Positions 16,419 to 25,150 of a stretch of DNA of 64,000 nucleotides are shown piece by piece. Every line of letters begins with the position of its first letter. Within the stretch, counting starts at the first letter, position 1. The notes beneath the pieces were generated by a model that did no database searches, was not told the origin of the DNA, and saw only the letters and a list, made by a program, of their open reading frames with translations. A program made the position numbers and the translations under genes. The stretch comes from Mitsuokella multacida (GTDB taxonomy: Bacteria; Bacillota; Negativicutes; Selenomonadales; Selenomonadaceae), in the NCBI GenBank assembly GCA_047831595.1, contig CP181253.1:1555112-1619111 (forward strand), given 5' to 3'.

Positions 16419-17777
16419 ATGAACAATACACAGAACTCACCGCTCGGCAGGCATTTCAAACTCTTGAGCCTGCTGCGCTTTGCGGCGCCATCCATAGGCA
16501 TGATGCTCGTCATTGCGCTCTATACGGTGACGGACGGCATCTTCATTGGCCGCTATGCCGGCAGCGAAGCGCTGGCCGCCTCCAATATCGTTTACCCAGC
16601 CATCAATTTCGTACTGGGCCTTGCCACCATGATGGCCTCGGGCGGCTCGGCCCTCGTGGCCAAGAATCTTGGCGAAGGCAAACTTGCCGCCGCCCGCAGG
16701 CGATTTTCCATGATTGCCGTCTTCACCTCACTCATCGCCGGCCTGCTTGCCGCCTTAGCCTTTGCCGCCGGCGATGAACTGCTGTTTTTGCTCGGCGCCT
16801 CTGAAAATCTGCTTGCCGACTGCCGTGCCTACCTCTATGCCCTGCTGCCCTTCTATCCCTTCGCCGCTTTGATGATTCTCTTCAATTCCTTCTTTATCGC
16901 CGATGGCCGTCCTACACAGGGATTTATCGTATCGATACTGGCAGGACTCACCAATGCGGGGCTTGATTACCTCTTTCTGGCCCATCTCGGTTTTGGCATA
17001 GCCGGAGCAGGACTCGCTACAGGCCTTGCTGACCTGCTGGCCGCCGGCATCGGTCTCGTCTATTTTTCCCGCTGCAGCCGTCTCCTGCGCTTCACTAAAC
17101 CTGCTGTGGAATGGCGTGCACTGGGGCAGACTATGTACAACGGCAGTTCTGAACTCGTCACCCAGCTTTCTGTCGGCATTACGACATTCCTTTTCAATAT
17201 CATGACCTTCCATTATGCCGGGGCTGACGGAGTAGCCGCTATTTCCGTCATCCTCTACGCAGAGATGCTGCTGACCGCTGTCTATATGGGCTTTGTGACT
17301 GGCACAGCTCCGATTTTTTCCTTCCATTTCGGAGCACGCGCTTTTTCCGAACTCCTGCGCCTTGTCAAACTCAGCCTCGTCATCATCGCAGGCTTCGCCC
17401 TGCTCTCCTTCACTTTTGCCCATCTTCTAGCTCAGCCGCTCATCATGTTATTTCTGCCAGAGGGCGGCCATGTCTATGATATCACGCTCACAGGCTTCCG
17501 CCTGTTCTCCTTCTCCTTCCTGCTCTGCGGCTTCAATCTCTTCATTTCCGGATTTTTCACGGCCATTTCTGACGGACGGACCTCTGCCCTGATGTCTTTT
17601 GCCCGCAATCTTCTGGGAATCGTCACCTATCTGCTGCTGCTCCCTCAGCTTCTTGGCCTGACCGGTGTATGGCTGGCCGTGCCGGCCGCCGATGTCACGG
17701 CATTGGCATTCGGCACGTTCCTGCTGCTGTCCCGCCTGCACGACTTCGGCCAGACGCACGAGCTCCGTCCTATCTAA
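16419..17777 (+). CDS. MATE-family efflux transporter
   Basis: 452 aa with about 12 TM segments. The N-terminus is typical of MATE transporters (LLRFAAPSIGMMLVIALYTVTDGIFIGRYAGSEALAA). Confidence 0.8.
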   Translation: MNNTQNSPLGRHFKLLSLLRFAAPSIGMMLVIALYTVTDGIFIGRYAGSEALAASNIVYPAINFVLGLATMMASGGSALVAKNLGEGKLAAARRRFSMIAVFTSLIAGLLAALAFAAGDELLFLLGASENLLADCRAYLYALLPFYPFAALMILFNSFFIADGRPTQGFIVSILAGLTNAGLDYLFLAHLGFGIAGAGLATGLADLLAAGIGLVYFSRCSRLLRFTKPAVEWRALGQTMYNGSSELVTQLSVGITTFLFNIMTFHYAGADGVAAISVILYAEMLLTAVYMGFVTGTAPIFSFHFGARAFSELLRLVKLSLVIIAGFALLSFTFAHLLAQPLIMLFLPEGGHVYDITLTGFRLFSFSFLLCGFNLFISGFFTAISDGRTSALMSFARNLLGIVTYLLLLPQLLGLTGVWLAVPAADVTALAFGTFLLLSRLHDFGQTHELRPI

Positions 17778-17796
17778 TCCTAAGCAAAAGCACAGC

Positions 17797-17832
17797 AAAA
17801 AACTCCGCACCAAAATGATGCGGAGTTTTTTT
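17797..17832 (+). terminator. Rho-independent terminator after the MATE gene
   Basis: AAAAAACTCCGCA-N9-TGCGGAGTTTTTTT. Confidence 0.8.
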
Positions 17833-17840
17833 ACAAACTC

Positions 17841-17860
17841 AATGTTTCACGTGAAACATT
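17841..17860. other. parS: parS centromere-like site (perfect TGTTTCACGTGAAACA core, 20-bp palindrome)
   Basis: AATGTTTCACGTGAAACATT matches the Firmicutes parS consensus TGTTNCACGTGAAACA exactly. It overlaps the stop codon of the 17860..20196 gene by 1 nt. Confidence 0.85.
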
Positions 17861-20196
17861 TATGCTTTTTCACCCGTGGAGTACATCGGAATCTTTTCCG
17901 GATTATCCTTGATGGTCCAGACACCGCACGGGCAGACGCCGGCGCAGATGCCGCAGCCGATGCAGCGGTCCGGATTACTCGTGTACTCGATGGTGCCATC
18001 TTCATGCACAACGCGGTCGATGGCCTTTTCTGGGCACGATTCGAGACACATCTTGCAGTCGCGGCAGGTACCGCAGCTCACGCAGCGCTTATAGTCGCTG
18101 ACAGGGTCGCCAAGTTCGCAGTGATGACATTTCTCGAAATAAGCCTTGGAAAGACGCTCAGCCGGAACCTGTTTCTTCTCAGGGAAGGCCTTGTATTCTT
18201 TGCCCATGACGTACTGGTCGACATACCAGGCTGCCTTGCGGCCGCTGCCGATGGCATCCGTCAGGCGGCCCGGCTTAATCGTATCACCGGCCGTGAAAAC
18301 GCCGTCCATGATGGACAGATCTTTATGCGGCACGAGCCAGCTCTTGCGGAAATACTCGATGCCTTCATCCTCCGGCAGGAAGTCGAGCACTGGCTGCTCA
18401 CCGATGGAAACGATGACCTGGTCTGCTTCAATGAAGCGGCCATCGTTGCCGTAAACACCTTCCGGCGTGATCTTGCTCGTGAAGAACGGCCAGACAATCT
18501 TGCCGCCAAGGCCTTCAAAATAAGCAATTTCCTTGGCAAAAGCAGCTGGCTTCTGCACATCAACGGCGATGACAGATTCTGCCCCCATCTCGTAAGCACC
18601 GCGGCACGTGTCCATGCCGGAGTTGCCGGCGCCGATGACAACAACTTTTTTGCCCGTCTTCGGATGTTCGCCGCGGTTGATGGCCTTGAGGTACTCGAGC
18701 CCCATCGTCAAATACTCAACGCCTTCCCAAGGGAAGAAACGCGACTTCGTACCGCCCGTAGCGACGACAACAGCATCGCTGGCTTCACGGATTTTGTCGA
18801 ATTTCTCGCGGTCGACCTTGCAGCCCTCTACAAATTTGACACCGATGCTCTCGATGCGCTTGAGCTCAGATTCAAGGAGTTCGTGCGACAGACGGCCGCG
18901 CGGGATGACCTGCTCGAGTTTGCCGCCGATATGGTCGGCATCGTCATAGACCGTAACCTCATGGCCCTTGCGCGCGAGCTGCCAGGCCGTCGACAGACCG
19001 GCTACGCCGCCGCCGATGATGCCGATTTTCTTGCCCGTGTGCTCTTGCGGCGGCTCTACCTTCGTGAAGGCCGAGCTGTAGCCGAGGTCGCCAATCTGGA
19101 TTGGCTCATCAATCGTGCCGCGCGTGCAGGCGTCCATGCAGGGATTCGGGCAGACCGAACCGCAGACGGAACCTGGGAACGGCGTATAGTCGAGTTCGAG
19201 CTGGATGGCCTTGTCGAGTTCGCCATTGCGGATGTATTTATAGCGCAGCTGCGTCGGAATACCCGTCGGGCAGTTGAATTCGCATGGCGCTGCGTACCGT
19301 GCATTGTCCCAGCTCGGTACGCGCAGACGGTAAAGACCGTGCGAAATCGTATTATGAACAGCGAAATCGTCATGAGCGACATCGGAGAAGATACCGCCCT
19401 TGACCCATTCGTGCAGACGGAACGACTTGAGGTCCGGCGCTGGTTTTGGCTTGCGCTCAGCGCGCGTCAGCGGACGCAGCTTATGCCACTCGTTCCAGTT
19501 CGTCAGCTCTTTCTCAAGTTCCGGACGCTCGATATGGGCGAGGAAATCGCCCATGCCGCCGGCGAGGAAGGCAATATCATCGTCATTGAGGTCTTCGCAG
19601 ACGATATCCGCCGGATGCGTGCCAATCGCGCCGCGGACATAAACGACGCCGCCGACCATACCGACACAGGCACGTTCGCCGAGGACGGAATCAAATTCAG
19701 CGCTGTCATAGCCGCAGACGACAGCCTTGCCGCCGCCCATGAACTCGAACGAGAACGAACCAACATTCTTCAGAATCCAGAGTTCCGGCTCCTCATAAAG
19801 AGGATCGTGCTTCATCAAAGAGCCCGTACGCGTACCGCCGCGGCCGCCGATGAAGATTTTGCCGCCCGAAGAGCAGTGTCCAGCGGTATCGCCGGCATCG
19901 CCCTTGACGGTGATGATGCCGCCGGCGTTGAGCCAGCCGACATCGGCCGAAGTCGACTCTTCAATGACGATTTCCGTATTCGGCAGGCACATCGAGCCCG
20001 TACGCTGACCAGCGTTCCAAACGTGGAAATGCAGTTTCTTGCCTTCCGGATGCCAGAGCGGACCGCCGATATCATGCTGACCGGAGGCCTTGATCTCAAA
20101 ATCCGTCTCGCCCTGCTTGACGGCTTCGCCGATGGCCAGGAGCAGGTCCTGGGTGGACATGCGTTCATGCCCTTTCATGGTATCTATCTTAAACAT
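17860..20196 (-). CDS. Glutamate synthase component: fused GXGXG domain (GltB C-terminal-like), GltD-like FAD/NAD(P) oxidoreductase and 2x[4Fe-4S] ferredoxin tail
   Basis: 778 aa. The N-terminus has GQHDIGG..VKGDAGDTAGHCSSGGKIFIGGRGGTRTG (GXGXG repeats). The middle has KKIGIIGGGVAGLSTAWQLARKGHEVTVYD..VVVIGAGNSGMD (two Rossmann motifs). The C-terminus has CVSCGTCRDCKMCLESCP and CIGCGICAGVCP. An AGGAGGAG RBS lies 7 nt before ATG 20196. Confidence 0.8.
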   Translation of the reverse strand: MFKIDTMKGHERMSTQDLLLAIGEAVKQGETDFEIKASGQHDIGGPLWHPEGKKLHFHVWNAGQRTGSMCLPNTEIVIEESTSADVGWLNAGGIITVKGDAGDTAGHCSSGGKIFIGGRGGTRTGSLMKHDPLYEEPELWILKNVGSFSFEFMGGGKAVVCGYDSAEFDSVLGERACVGMVGGVVYVRGAIGTHPADIVCEDLNDDDIAFLAGGMGDFLAHIERPELEKELTNWNEWHKLRPLTRAERKPKPAPDLKSFRLHEWVKGGIFSDVAHDDFAVHNTISHGLYRLRVPSWDNARYAAPCEFNCPTGIPTQLRYKYIRNGELDKAIQLELDYTPFPGSVCGSVCPNPCMDACTRGTIDEPIQIGDLGYSSAFTKVEPPQEHTGKKIGIIGGGVAGLSTAWQLARKGHEVTVYDDADHIGGKLEQVIPRGRLSHELLESELKRIESIGVKFVEGCKVDREKFDKIREASDAVVVATGGTKSRFFPWEGVEYLTMGLEYLKAINRGEHPKTGKKVVVIGAGNSGMDTCRGAYEMGAESVIAVDVQKPAAFAKEIAYFEGLGGKIVWPFFTSKITPEGVYGNDGRFIEADQVIVSIGEQPVLDFLPEDEGIEYFRKSWLVPHKDLSIMDGVFTAGDTIKPGRLTDAIGSGRKAAWYVDQYVMGKEYKAFPEKKQVPAERLSKAYFEKCHHCELGDPVSDYKRCVSCGTCRDCKMCLESCPEKAIDRVVHEDGTIEYTSNPDRCIGCGICAGVCPCGVWTIKDNPEKIPMYSTGEKA

Positions 20197-20214
20197 TAAG
20201 CTCTCCTCCTGCTA

Positions 20215-21846
20215 TCAGCAAACGTACTGGATGCCAAGTTTGTCTGCCACGGCCTTGTCCGTCGAGACGAGTGCGTCGCTGCGGCCGATTGGCAGCGAAC
20301 TGTTGCCGATTGGGGCCATGAGCTTCTTGAGCTCGGTATCGAATGCCAGTACATAATCGACAATCTTCTGAGCACCGCGGTCGATGTCGAGACGTTTGAC
20401 GAGACGCGGATCCTGCGAGCAGATGCCCATGGGGCACTTGCCGGTATTGCAGGAGTTGCAGCGGCCCTGCTCGTTGCCGATGCAGCCGAGCAGCTGAATG
20501 AGGATTTTGCCGACGAACACGCCGTTCGCACCGAGGCACATCATCTTGAAAGCATCGGCTGCCGCGTTGCCCGTCATGCCGATGCCGCCGCCGCCGTAAA
20601 GCGGAATCTGGCCCTGCAGGCCCTGTTTGACGGCTGCGAGATAGCAGTCGCGGATTTTCGAGACGACCGGATGGCCCGTGTGGTCAAGCGAGACCTCATT
20701 GGCTGCACCCGTGCCGCCCTGAATGCCATCGATGAAGAAACCGCCGCAAATTTTATACGGGTCGCGCAGCAGGTTGTTGTATACGGAAACCGACGTAGCC
20801 GAAGCCGCGCATTTGATGGCAACCGGTACACGGAAGCCGAAAGCCGCGTTCATCGAAAGATGCATTTTCTGGACCGATTCCTCGATAGAATACAGGCCCT
20901 GATGGTTTGGCGGCGAAGCGAGCGTTGCCTTTGGTACACCGCGGATGGCCTGGACGTGCTCAGCGACTTTTGCCTCTGGCAGCAGGCCGCCGTCGCCCGG
21001 TTTTGCACCCTGACCAATCTTGATGAGGACGCCGGCAGGGTCCGTCTTCATATGCGGCATAGCCTTGATGATGCGGTTCCAGCCGAAATGACCGGAAGCA
21101 ATCTGGATGATGAAGTATTTAAGATAATCCGATTCGAGGAGTTTGACCGGCATGCCGCCTTCACCGGAGCTCATGCGGACCGGCAGGCCGCATTTCTCAT
21201 TGAGGTAGCCAACGGCCAGTGCCACGGCCTCCCAAGCGCGCGTCGACAGGGCACCGATGGACATATCAGAGAAAATCAGCGGATAAATCCAATGAACCGG
21301 CGGCGTATGCTTCGTTTCAACAAGTTTGCCATCTTTAATCGTAAAAGGCAGCTCTTTGGCGGAAAGCACGCGGCCAAACGGAGAGCGGATATCAAACGTA
21401 TGACGTGCAGCATCGAGCGACGGGTCGGTCATCTGCGAAATACGGCCGACGACAATGGAATCAAGCGTGCGCTGTGCATTGAGGTTCGTGCGGCCGCCGC
21501 GTTTGATTGGGCCGTGGTCCTTCGACAGCAGCGTCTTTCTCGTATCCGGATTGCGCACCGGATGAATGGCATCGTTCGGGCAGACCTTTTCGCAGATGCC
21601 GCAGCCGCGGCAGAAATCCGTGAGGCTCGCGACCTGCTTGATGACCGGACGTACCCTGTGAATCTTCTTCGGCTCCGGTACCGGCTTTTCCGATACCGTC
21701 AGCGACTGGCCGCGAACTGCTACCTTGATGGCCTTGAAGGAGCAGGAGGCGACGCAGCTGCCGCACATCGTGCAGCGGTCGGGATGATATTCGATTATCC
21801 AGGGGAGATCGTTGACTCCCACATCTTGAGTCTTTACTGCTTCCAT
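20215..21846 (-). CDS. Glutamate synthase FMN-binding domain protein (GltB domain 2-like) with an N-terminal 4Fe-4S ferredoxin domain
   Basis: CTMCGSCVASCSF and CRGCGICEKVCP clusters, followed by KIGQGAKPGDGGLLPEAKV and a GGTGA TIM-barrel signature. Confidence 0.8.
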   Translation of the reverse strand: MEAVKTQDVGVNDLPWIIEYHPDRCTMCGSCVASCSFKAIKVAVRGQSLTVSEKPVPEPKKIHRVRPVIKQVASLTDFCRGCGICEKVCPNDAIHPVRNPDTRKTLLSKDHGPIKRGGRTNLNAQRTLDSIVVGRISQMTDPSLDAARHTFDIRSPFGRVLSAKELPFTIKDGKLVETKHTPPVHWIYPLIFSDMSIGALSTRAWEAVALAVGYLNEKCGLPVRMSSGEGGMPVKLLESDYLKYFIIQIASGHFGWNRIIKAMPHMKTDPAGVLIKIGQGAKPGDGGLLPEAKVAEHVQAIRGVPKATLASPPNHQGLYSIEESVQKMHLSMNAAFGFRVPVAIKCAASATSVSVYNNLLRDPYKICGGFFIDGIQGGTGAANEVSLDHTGHPVVSKIRDCYLAAVKQGLQGQIPLYGGGGIGMTGNAAADAFKMMCLGANGVFVGKILIQLLGCIGNEQGRCNSCNTGKCPMGICSQDPRLVKRLDIDRGAQKIVDYVLAFDTELKKLMAPIGNSSLPIGRSDALVSTDKAVADKLGIQYVC

Positions 21847-22940
21847 CTCTGTACCTCCAGGTCGTTGTCGATGACAACGATTTCGCGTTCATTCGGGTAA
21901 ATATCCTTCGTCTGGTCACGGTCCGGCATGATTTCATTGAGGCCGCAGACCTCAGACGAAATCGCCACCATGTCATCCGTGCGTCCGACAACGACCGGAC
22001 GCAGCTTTTTCGAGTCACAGCACGTGATCATCTTCTTGTCCGGCAGGACGCCGATGATCGTATTCGGGCCGTTGATTTCGAGGTTAGCCAGACTCTGGCG
22101 GATGGCAATGAGCACATCCTTGTCCGGACGTTTCTCGATTTCCTCAAACGGCAGCGGCGTAATGACGTGCTTATAGTACGTCAGCGGCCACTTGAGCTCA
22201 TGGTGAACGTAATGAAGGGTATTGAGGAAGCACTGCGAGTCGGACTCAAAACCGATGTAGCCGCGGTGCAGGGATTTCTGGAATTCCTTATTCTTCGTGT
22301 AGAACGTGTTCTCGCCGTTCGCACAGAGTGTGTAGCCCTGCAGGAAGAACGGATGAGCCGCATAGCGGACGATGTCGTAGTTCGTGTTCTGACGGCATTG
22401 AGCCACGATGGATTTCGCGACGAGGCAGCCATTGTCATCCCAGAGATGGAAGTACGTGGCGATATCGCGCGGATCACCGATTTCCTTGAGCGTCAGTACG
22501 TCCGGCCAGAACGAATAAACAAAGCCGGCATTCTCTTTCTCAAGGATTTTGCGCAGGGCAAGACGCGTATCGAGCAGCAGGTCTTCCTTCTGCTCTTTCG
22601 TCATATGCTCTGCATCTTCCGGATAATCATAGTTGCGGAAGATGTAATATGGCATAGCCTGAATATCGAGGCCCGGACGTTTGTCCGGCACAGGAATCCA
22701 CTCGGCCAGCTGTACGAAGTTATGCGTATCCATGTACTCTTCAACGAGCTGAGCACCACGCTGCGTGCAGGCAAGCGATAACAGCGGTTTATCCTTATAA
22801 TTGGAAAAGATTCCGTACAGGTCCTGCATGACCATGGCGAAACCCGAGTTATCATGACCTTCCTGCTGTGGAAGCATGAGATGCAGTGCCTTGGAGGGCT
22901 GAATGGGTACTTTGCTCTTGATTGAACCTATCCGACACAT
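21834..22940 (-). CDS. Class-II (Ntn) glutamine amidotransferase domain protein (GltB domain 1-like)
   Basis: It begins MCRIGSIK (Cys after the initiator Met, as in Ntn amidotransferases), then GHDNSGFAM. Its 3' end overlaps the next gene by 13 nt, which suggests an operon. Confidence 0.7.
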   Translation of the reverse strand: MCRIGSIKSKVPIQPSKALHLMLPQQEGHDNSGFAMVMQDLYGIFSNYKDKPLLSLACTQRGAQLVEEYMDTHNFVQLAEWIPVPDKRPGLDIQAMPYYIFRNYDYPEDAEHMTKEQKEDLLLDTRLALRKILEKENAGFVYSFWPDVLTLKEIGDPRDIATYFHLWDDNGCLVAKSIVAQCRQNTNYDIVRYAAHPFFLQGYTLCANGENTFYTKNKEFQKSLHRGYIGFESDSQCFLNTLHYVHHELKWPLTYYKHVITPLPFEEIEKRPDKDVLIAIRQSLANLEINGPNTIIGVLPDKKMITCCDSKKLRPVVVGRTDDMVAISSEVCGLNEIMPDRDQTKDIYPNEREIVVIDNDLEVQRWKQ

Positions 22941-23016
22941 GGCGGTCTCTCCTTCTATCCTACCTACTTAATACACAAATGTATCCATGCAATGCATATA
23001 GCGTTACGTAACTTCT

Positions 23017-23045
23017 ATTATAAAAATGTATACTTGACATGTCAA
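23017..23045 (-). promoter_or_regulatory. Perfect consensus sigma-70 promoter (TTGACA-17-TATAAT) for the glutamate synthase operon
   Basis: The minus strand reads TTGACAtgtcaagtatacattttTATAAT. The -35 box sits inside the 12-bp palindrome TTGACATGTCAA (23034..23045). The promoter is about 75 nt upstream of ATG 22940. Confidence 0.65.
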
Positions 23046-23125
23046 CCATAACTTAACATGTATACATGAATACCCTCATTCCGCCCTCTGCTTTTCGATT
23101 ATTTTATCATACTGCTCGTTGGTAT

Positions 23126-23172
23126 AACAAAAAATCCGTACAAACGATAGCAATCACGTTTGTGCGGATTTT
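23126..23172 (-). terminator. Terminator after the M23 peptidase gene
   Basis: Minus-strand hairpin AATCCGCACAAACG-N10-CGTTTGTACGGATT (one mismatch) followed by TTTTTTG. Confidence 0.7.
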
Positions 23173-23228
23173 CATTCCGAATCTCTACTATTATATAGAC
23201 GATACTGGCATAAACAGCCTTATCTGCA

Positions 23229-24389
23229 TCAGAGATAGCTGATTGGGTTGACCGTCTGACCGTTGACGCGGACCTCATAATGGACGTGCGGGCCCGTCGA
23301 GAAGCCCGTGCTGCCCATGTAGGCGATGATCTGACCGCGGCGTACATGCTGGCCGACGCTGACGACGACCTGCATCGCATGACCGTAGCGCGTCATGATG
23401 CCGTTGCCATGGTCGATATCGACCATATTGCCATAACCGCCGGAATTCCAGCCGGCCGTGACGACCGTGCCGTCAGCCGTAGCAACAATCGGCGTGCCCA
23501 TGTCATTGGCGATATCGATGCCCGGATGGAAGTCCGAACCATTCCAGCGCAGGCCGTACGGCGAGCTGACCTCACCGCGGGCCGGCCAGCCAGTCGGCGT
23601 CGTAGTCGAAGCACCCGAGCCGCCGATGAGCGAGCCCGGCATGGTCCCTGCGCTGCTCGGCAGGCCCATGGCCTCCTGCTGGTCCTTGAGCTCCTGCTGC
23701 AGGGCCAGCAGCGACTCACGGCGCTTTGCTATGCTCTTTTCGACATTATCGAGCGTCTCGCTGACATTATCCAGGCTCGGTGCCTGCGGGTACGGGCCGC
23801 CCTGGCCGTCATGCTGGCCGCTGACAGAGCCGTCGCCGCTGCCATCGTCCTGTGTATCCTGTGCCGGCGAAGCCCCCGACATGCGGCGCAGGTCATTCTC
23901 GAGCTGCGTGAGCTGGTCAATTTCATCCTGGAGAGCGTTGGCTTTCTTCGAAAGCTGCAGCAGCTGTTCCTGCTGGATATTGTTGACCTGACGCAGTTCG
24001 CGGATTTCCGACGCACCGTTCTGATTGGCAAACGTGCTGTAGACAGAATAACTGAACGCACCGACAAACAGCAGTGCCCCCGCAGCGACGGATGCCAGAC
24101 CAAACTTGAGCATGCGCGCTGACAGACGGACACTCTTCGTATCCCCATCATCATCGGGAATCAGCTTAATCGTATAAAACGTCTGCTTTTTCTTCTTCTT
24201 AGACGCCTTCCCGTCTTTATCCTGCCCGTCTGGCACAGCCTGAGCCTGCGAAGAGTCACTGTCCCCCTCTGCGGCATTTTCCTCAGGCTTTTCTTCCGGC
24301 AGCTGGACCGGCGGCATCACTGTCGTCTTATCCGTTACTTCTGCCTGCTCCGGCTCAGAAGATATCTTCTGTTCTTCATTCTTAGCCAA
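23229..24389 (-). CDS. M23-family metallopeptidase (peptidoglycan DD-endopeptidase) with an N-terminal TM segment and coiled coil
   Basis: The C-terminal domain has PYGLRWNG.DFHPGIDIA..GTPIVATADGTV..GYGNMVDIDHGNG..TRYGH..STGPHVHYEV. The start is uncertain: TTG 24389 follows a GGAGG RBS by 8 nt, while the track start is 24428. Confidence 0.8.
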   Translation of the reverse strand: MAKNEEQKISSEPEQAEVTDKTTVMPPVQLPEEKPEENAAEGDSDSSQAQAVPDGQDKDGKASKKKKKQTFYTIKLIPDDDGDTKSVRLSARMLKFGLASVAAGALLFVGAFSYSVYSTFANQNGASEIRELRQVNNIQQEQLLQLSKKANALQDEIDQLTQLENDLRRMSGASPAQDTQDDGSGDGSVSGQHDGQGGPYPQAPSLDNVSETLDNVEKSIAKRRESLLALQQELKDQQEAMGLPSSAGTMPGSLIGGSGASTTTPTGWPARGEVSSPYGLRWNGSDFHPGIDIANDMGTPIVATADGTVVTAGWNSGGYGNMVDIDHGNGIMTRYGHAMQVVVSVGQHVRRGQIIAYMGSTGFSTGPHVHYEVRVNGQTVNPISYL

Positions 24390-24486
24390 AAACGAAACCT
24401 CCAAACAATCGCATAAACCACGAAACAAAAAAATAATCCACGGAAATGATACGCTCCCTGGATTAGAACTGCCTTTAAATACAATA

Positions 24487-24532
24487 ATGCGGTAAACCTA
24501 CGCCTATTATAGCATATGGTTTACCGCAATTC
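24487..24532 (-). terminator. Hairpin downstream of the DUF4446-like gene
   Basis: TGCGGTAAACC-N18-GGTTTACCGCA with a weak T-tract. Confidence 0.45.
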
Positions 24533-24551
24533 AAAACTTATTTCACAAAGA

Positions 24552-25064
24552 TTATGCCTGCGCCTTGCCCATGGCCTCATCGAGTGCCTGCTGCTCTTCC
24601 GGCATCAGTGTGTAGCTCGAATGGCCTTTTTCTACCGGCTTGACATAGCTGCGTGAATCCTCACGGCCGAAAATGCTCGTAAGGATGACGCCGTCATTAT
24701 AGGAGTCGAGCAGTGCAACGGCATAGCTCAGGTCACTGCCCATATCATCAAAGGCACGGAAGCGCACGACGCCGACGCGTGTGATGGCCAGCTTCAAAAG
24801 GTCGTTGAGACGTTCATTCTCCTGCTTGATGGCTGCATTGTCATCGGAAACAGCCTGAATCTCATTGAGATGACCGATGAGCATGCGCTCAAGATTAACC
24901 CCGTCCGCTCCCGTCATCATCTTGCGGTAGCGCTTCTTCATGTAGCTGACCTTAAGTGAGAGGTTGATGACCAAAGCCAGCAGGATGATGGCCAGCACGC
25001 CAAGAACCCCGACGATGACCACGATGTTATTTAGGGCTAATTTAGTGATTTCCTGAATATCCAT
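24552..25064 (-). CDS. DUF4446-like membrane-anchored protein (commonly found next to parB in Firmicutes)
   Basis: 170 aa with an N-terminal TM segment, then ..RVGVVRFRAFDDMGSDLSYAVALLD..GVILTSIFGRE.. This pattern and its position downstream of parB fit my recollection of DUF4446. Confidence 0.55.
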   Translation of the reverse strand: MDIQEITKLALNNIVVIVGVLGVLAIILLALVINLSLKVSYMKKRYRKMMTGADGVNLERMLIGHLNEIQAVSDDNAAIKQENERLNDLLKLAITRVGVVRFRAFDDMGSDLSYAVALLDSYNDGVILTSIFGREDSRSYVKPVEKGHSSYTLMPEEQQALDEAMGKAQA

Positions 25065-25119
25065 TGTCTATTGAATGCTCCTTAGAATAATCCTTTTACT
25101 ATGATACTGAGATACTGAA

Positions 25120-25137
25120 ATGTTTCACGTGAAACAT
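25120..25137. other. parS: parS site (perfect core, 18-bp palindrome)
   Basis: ATGTTTCACGTGAAACAT, 14 nt downstream of the parB stop codon. Confidence 0.85.
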
Positions 25138-25150
25138 CTCCAAGCTGAAT

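Noticed and set aside
22981-23068. A GlnR/TnrA box (TGTNA-N7-TNACA) upstream of the glutamate synthase operon.
   Set aside because: The best candidate (TGTCA..TAACA) has a 9-nt spacer instead of 7. I could not support a canonical site, so only the palindromes themselves are reported.
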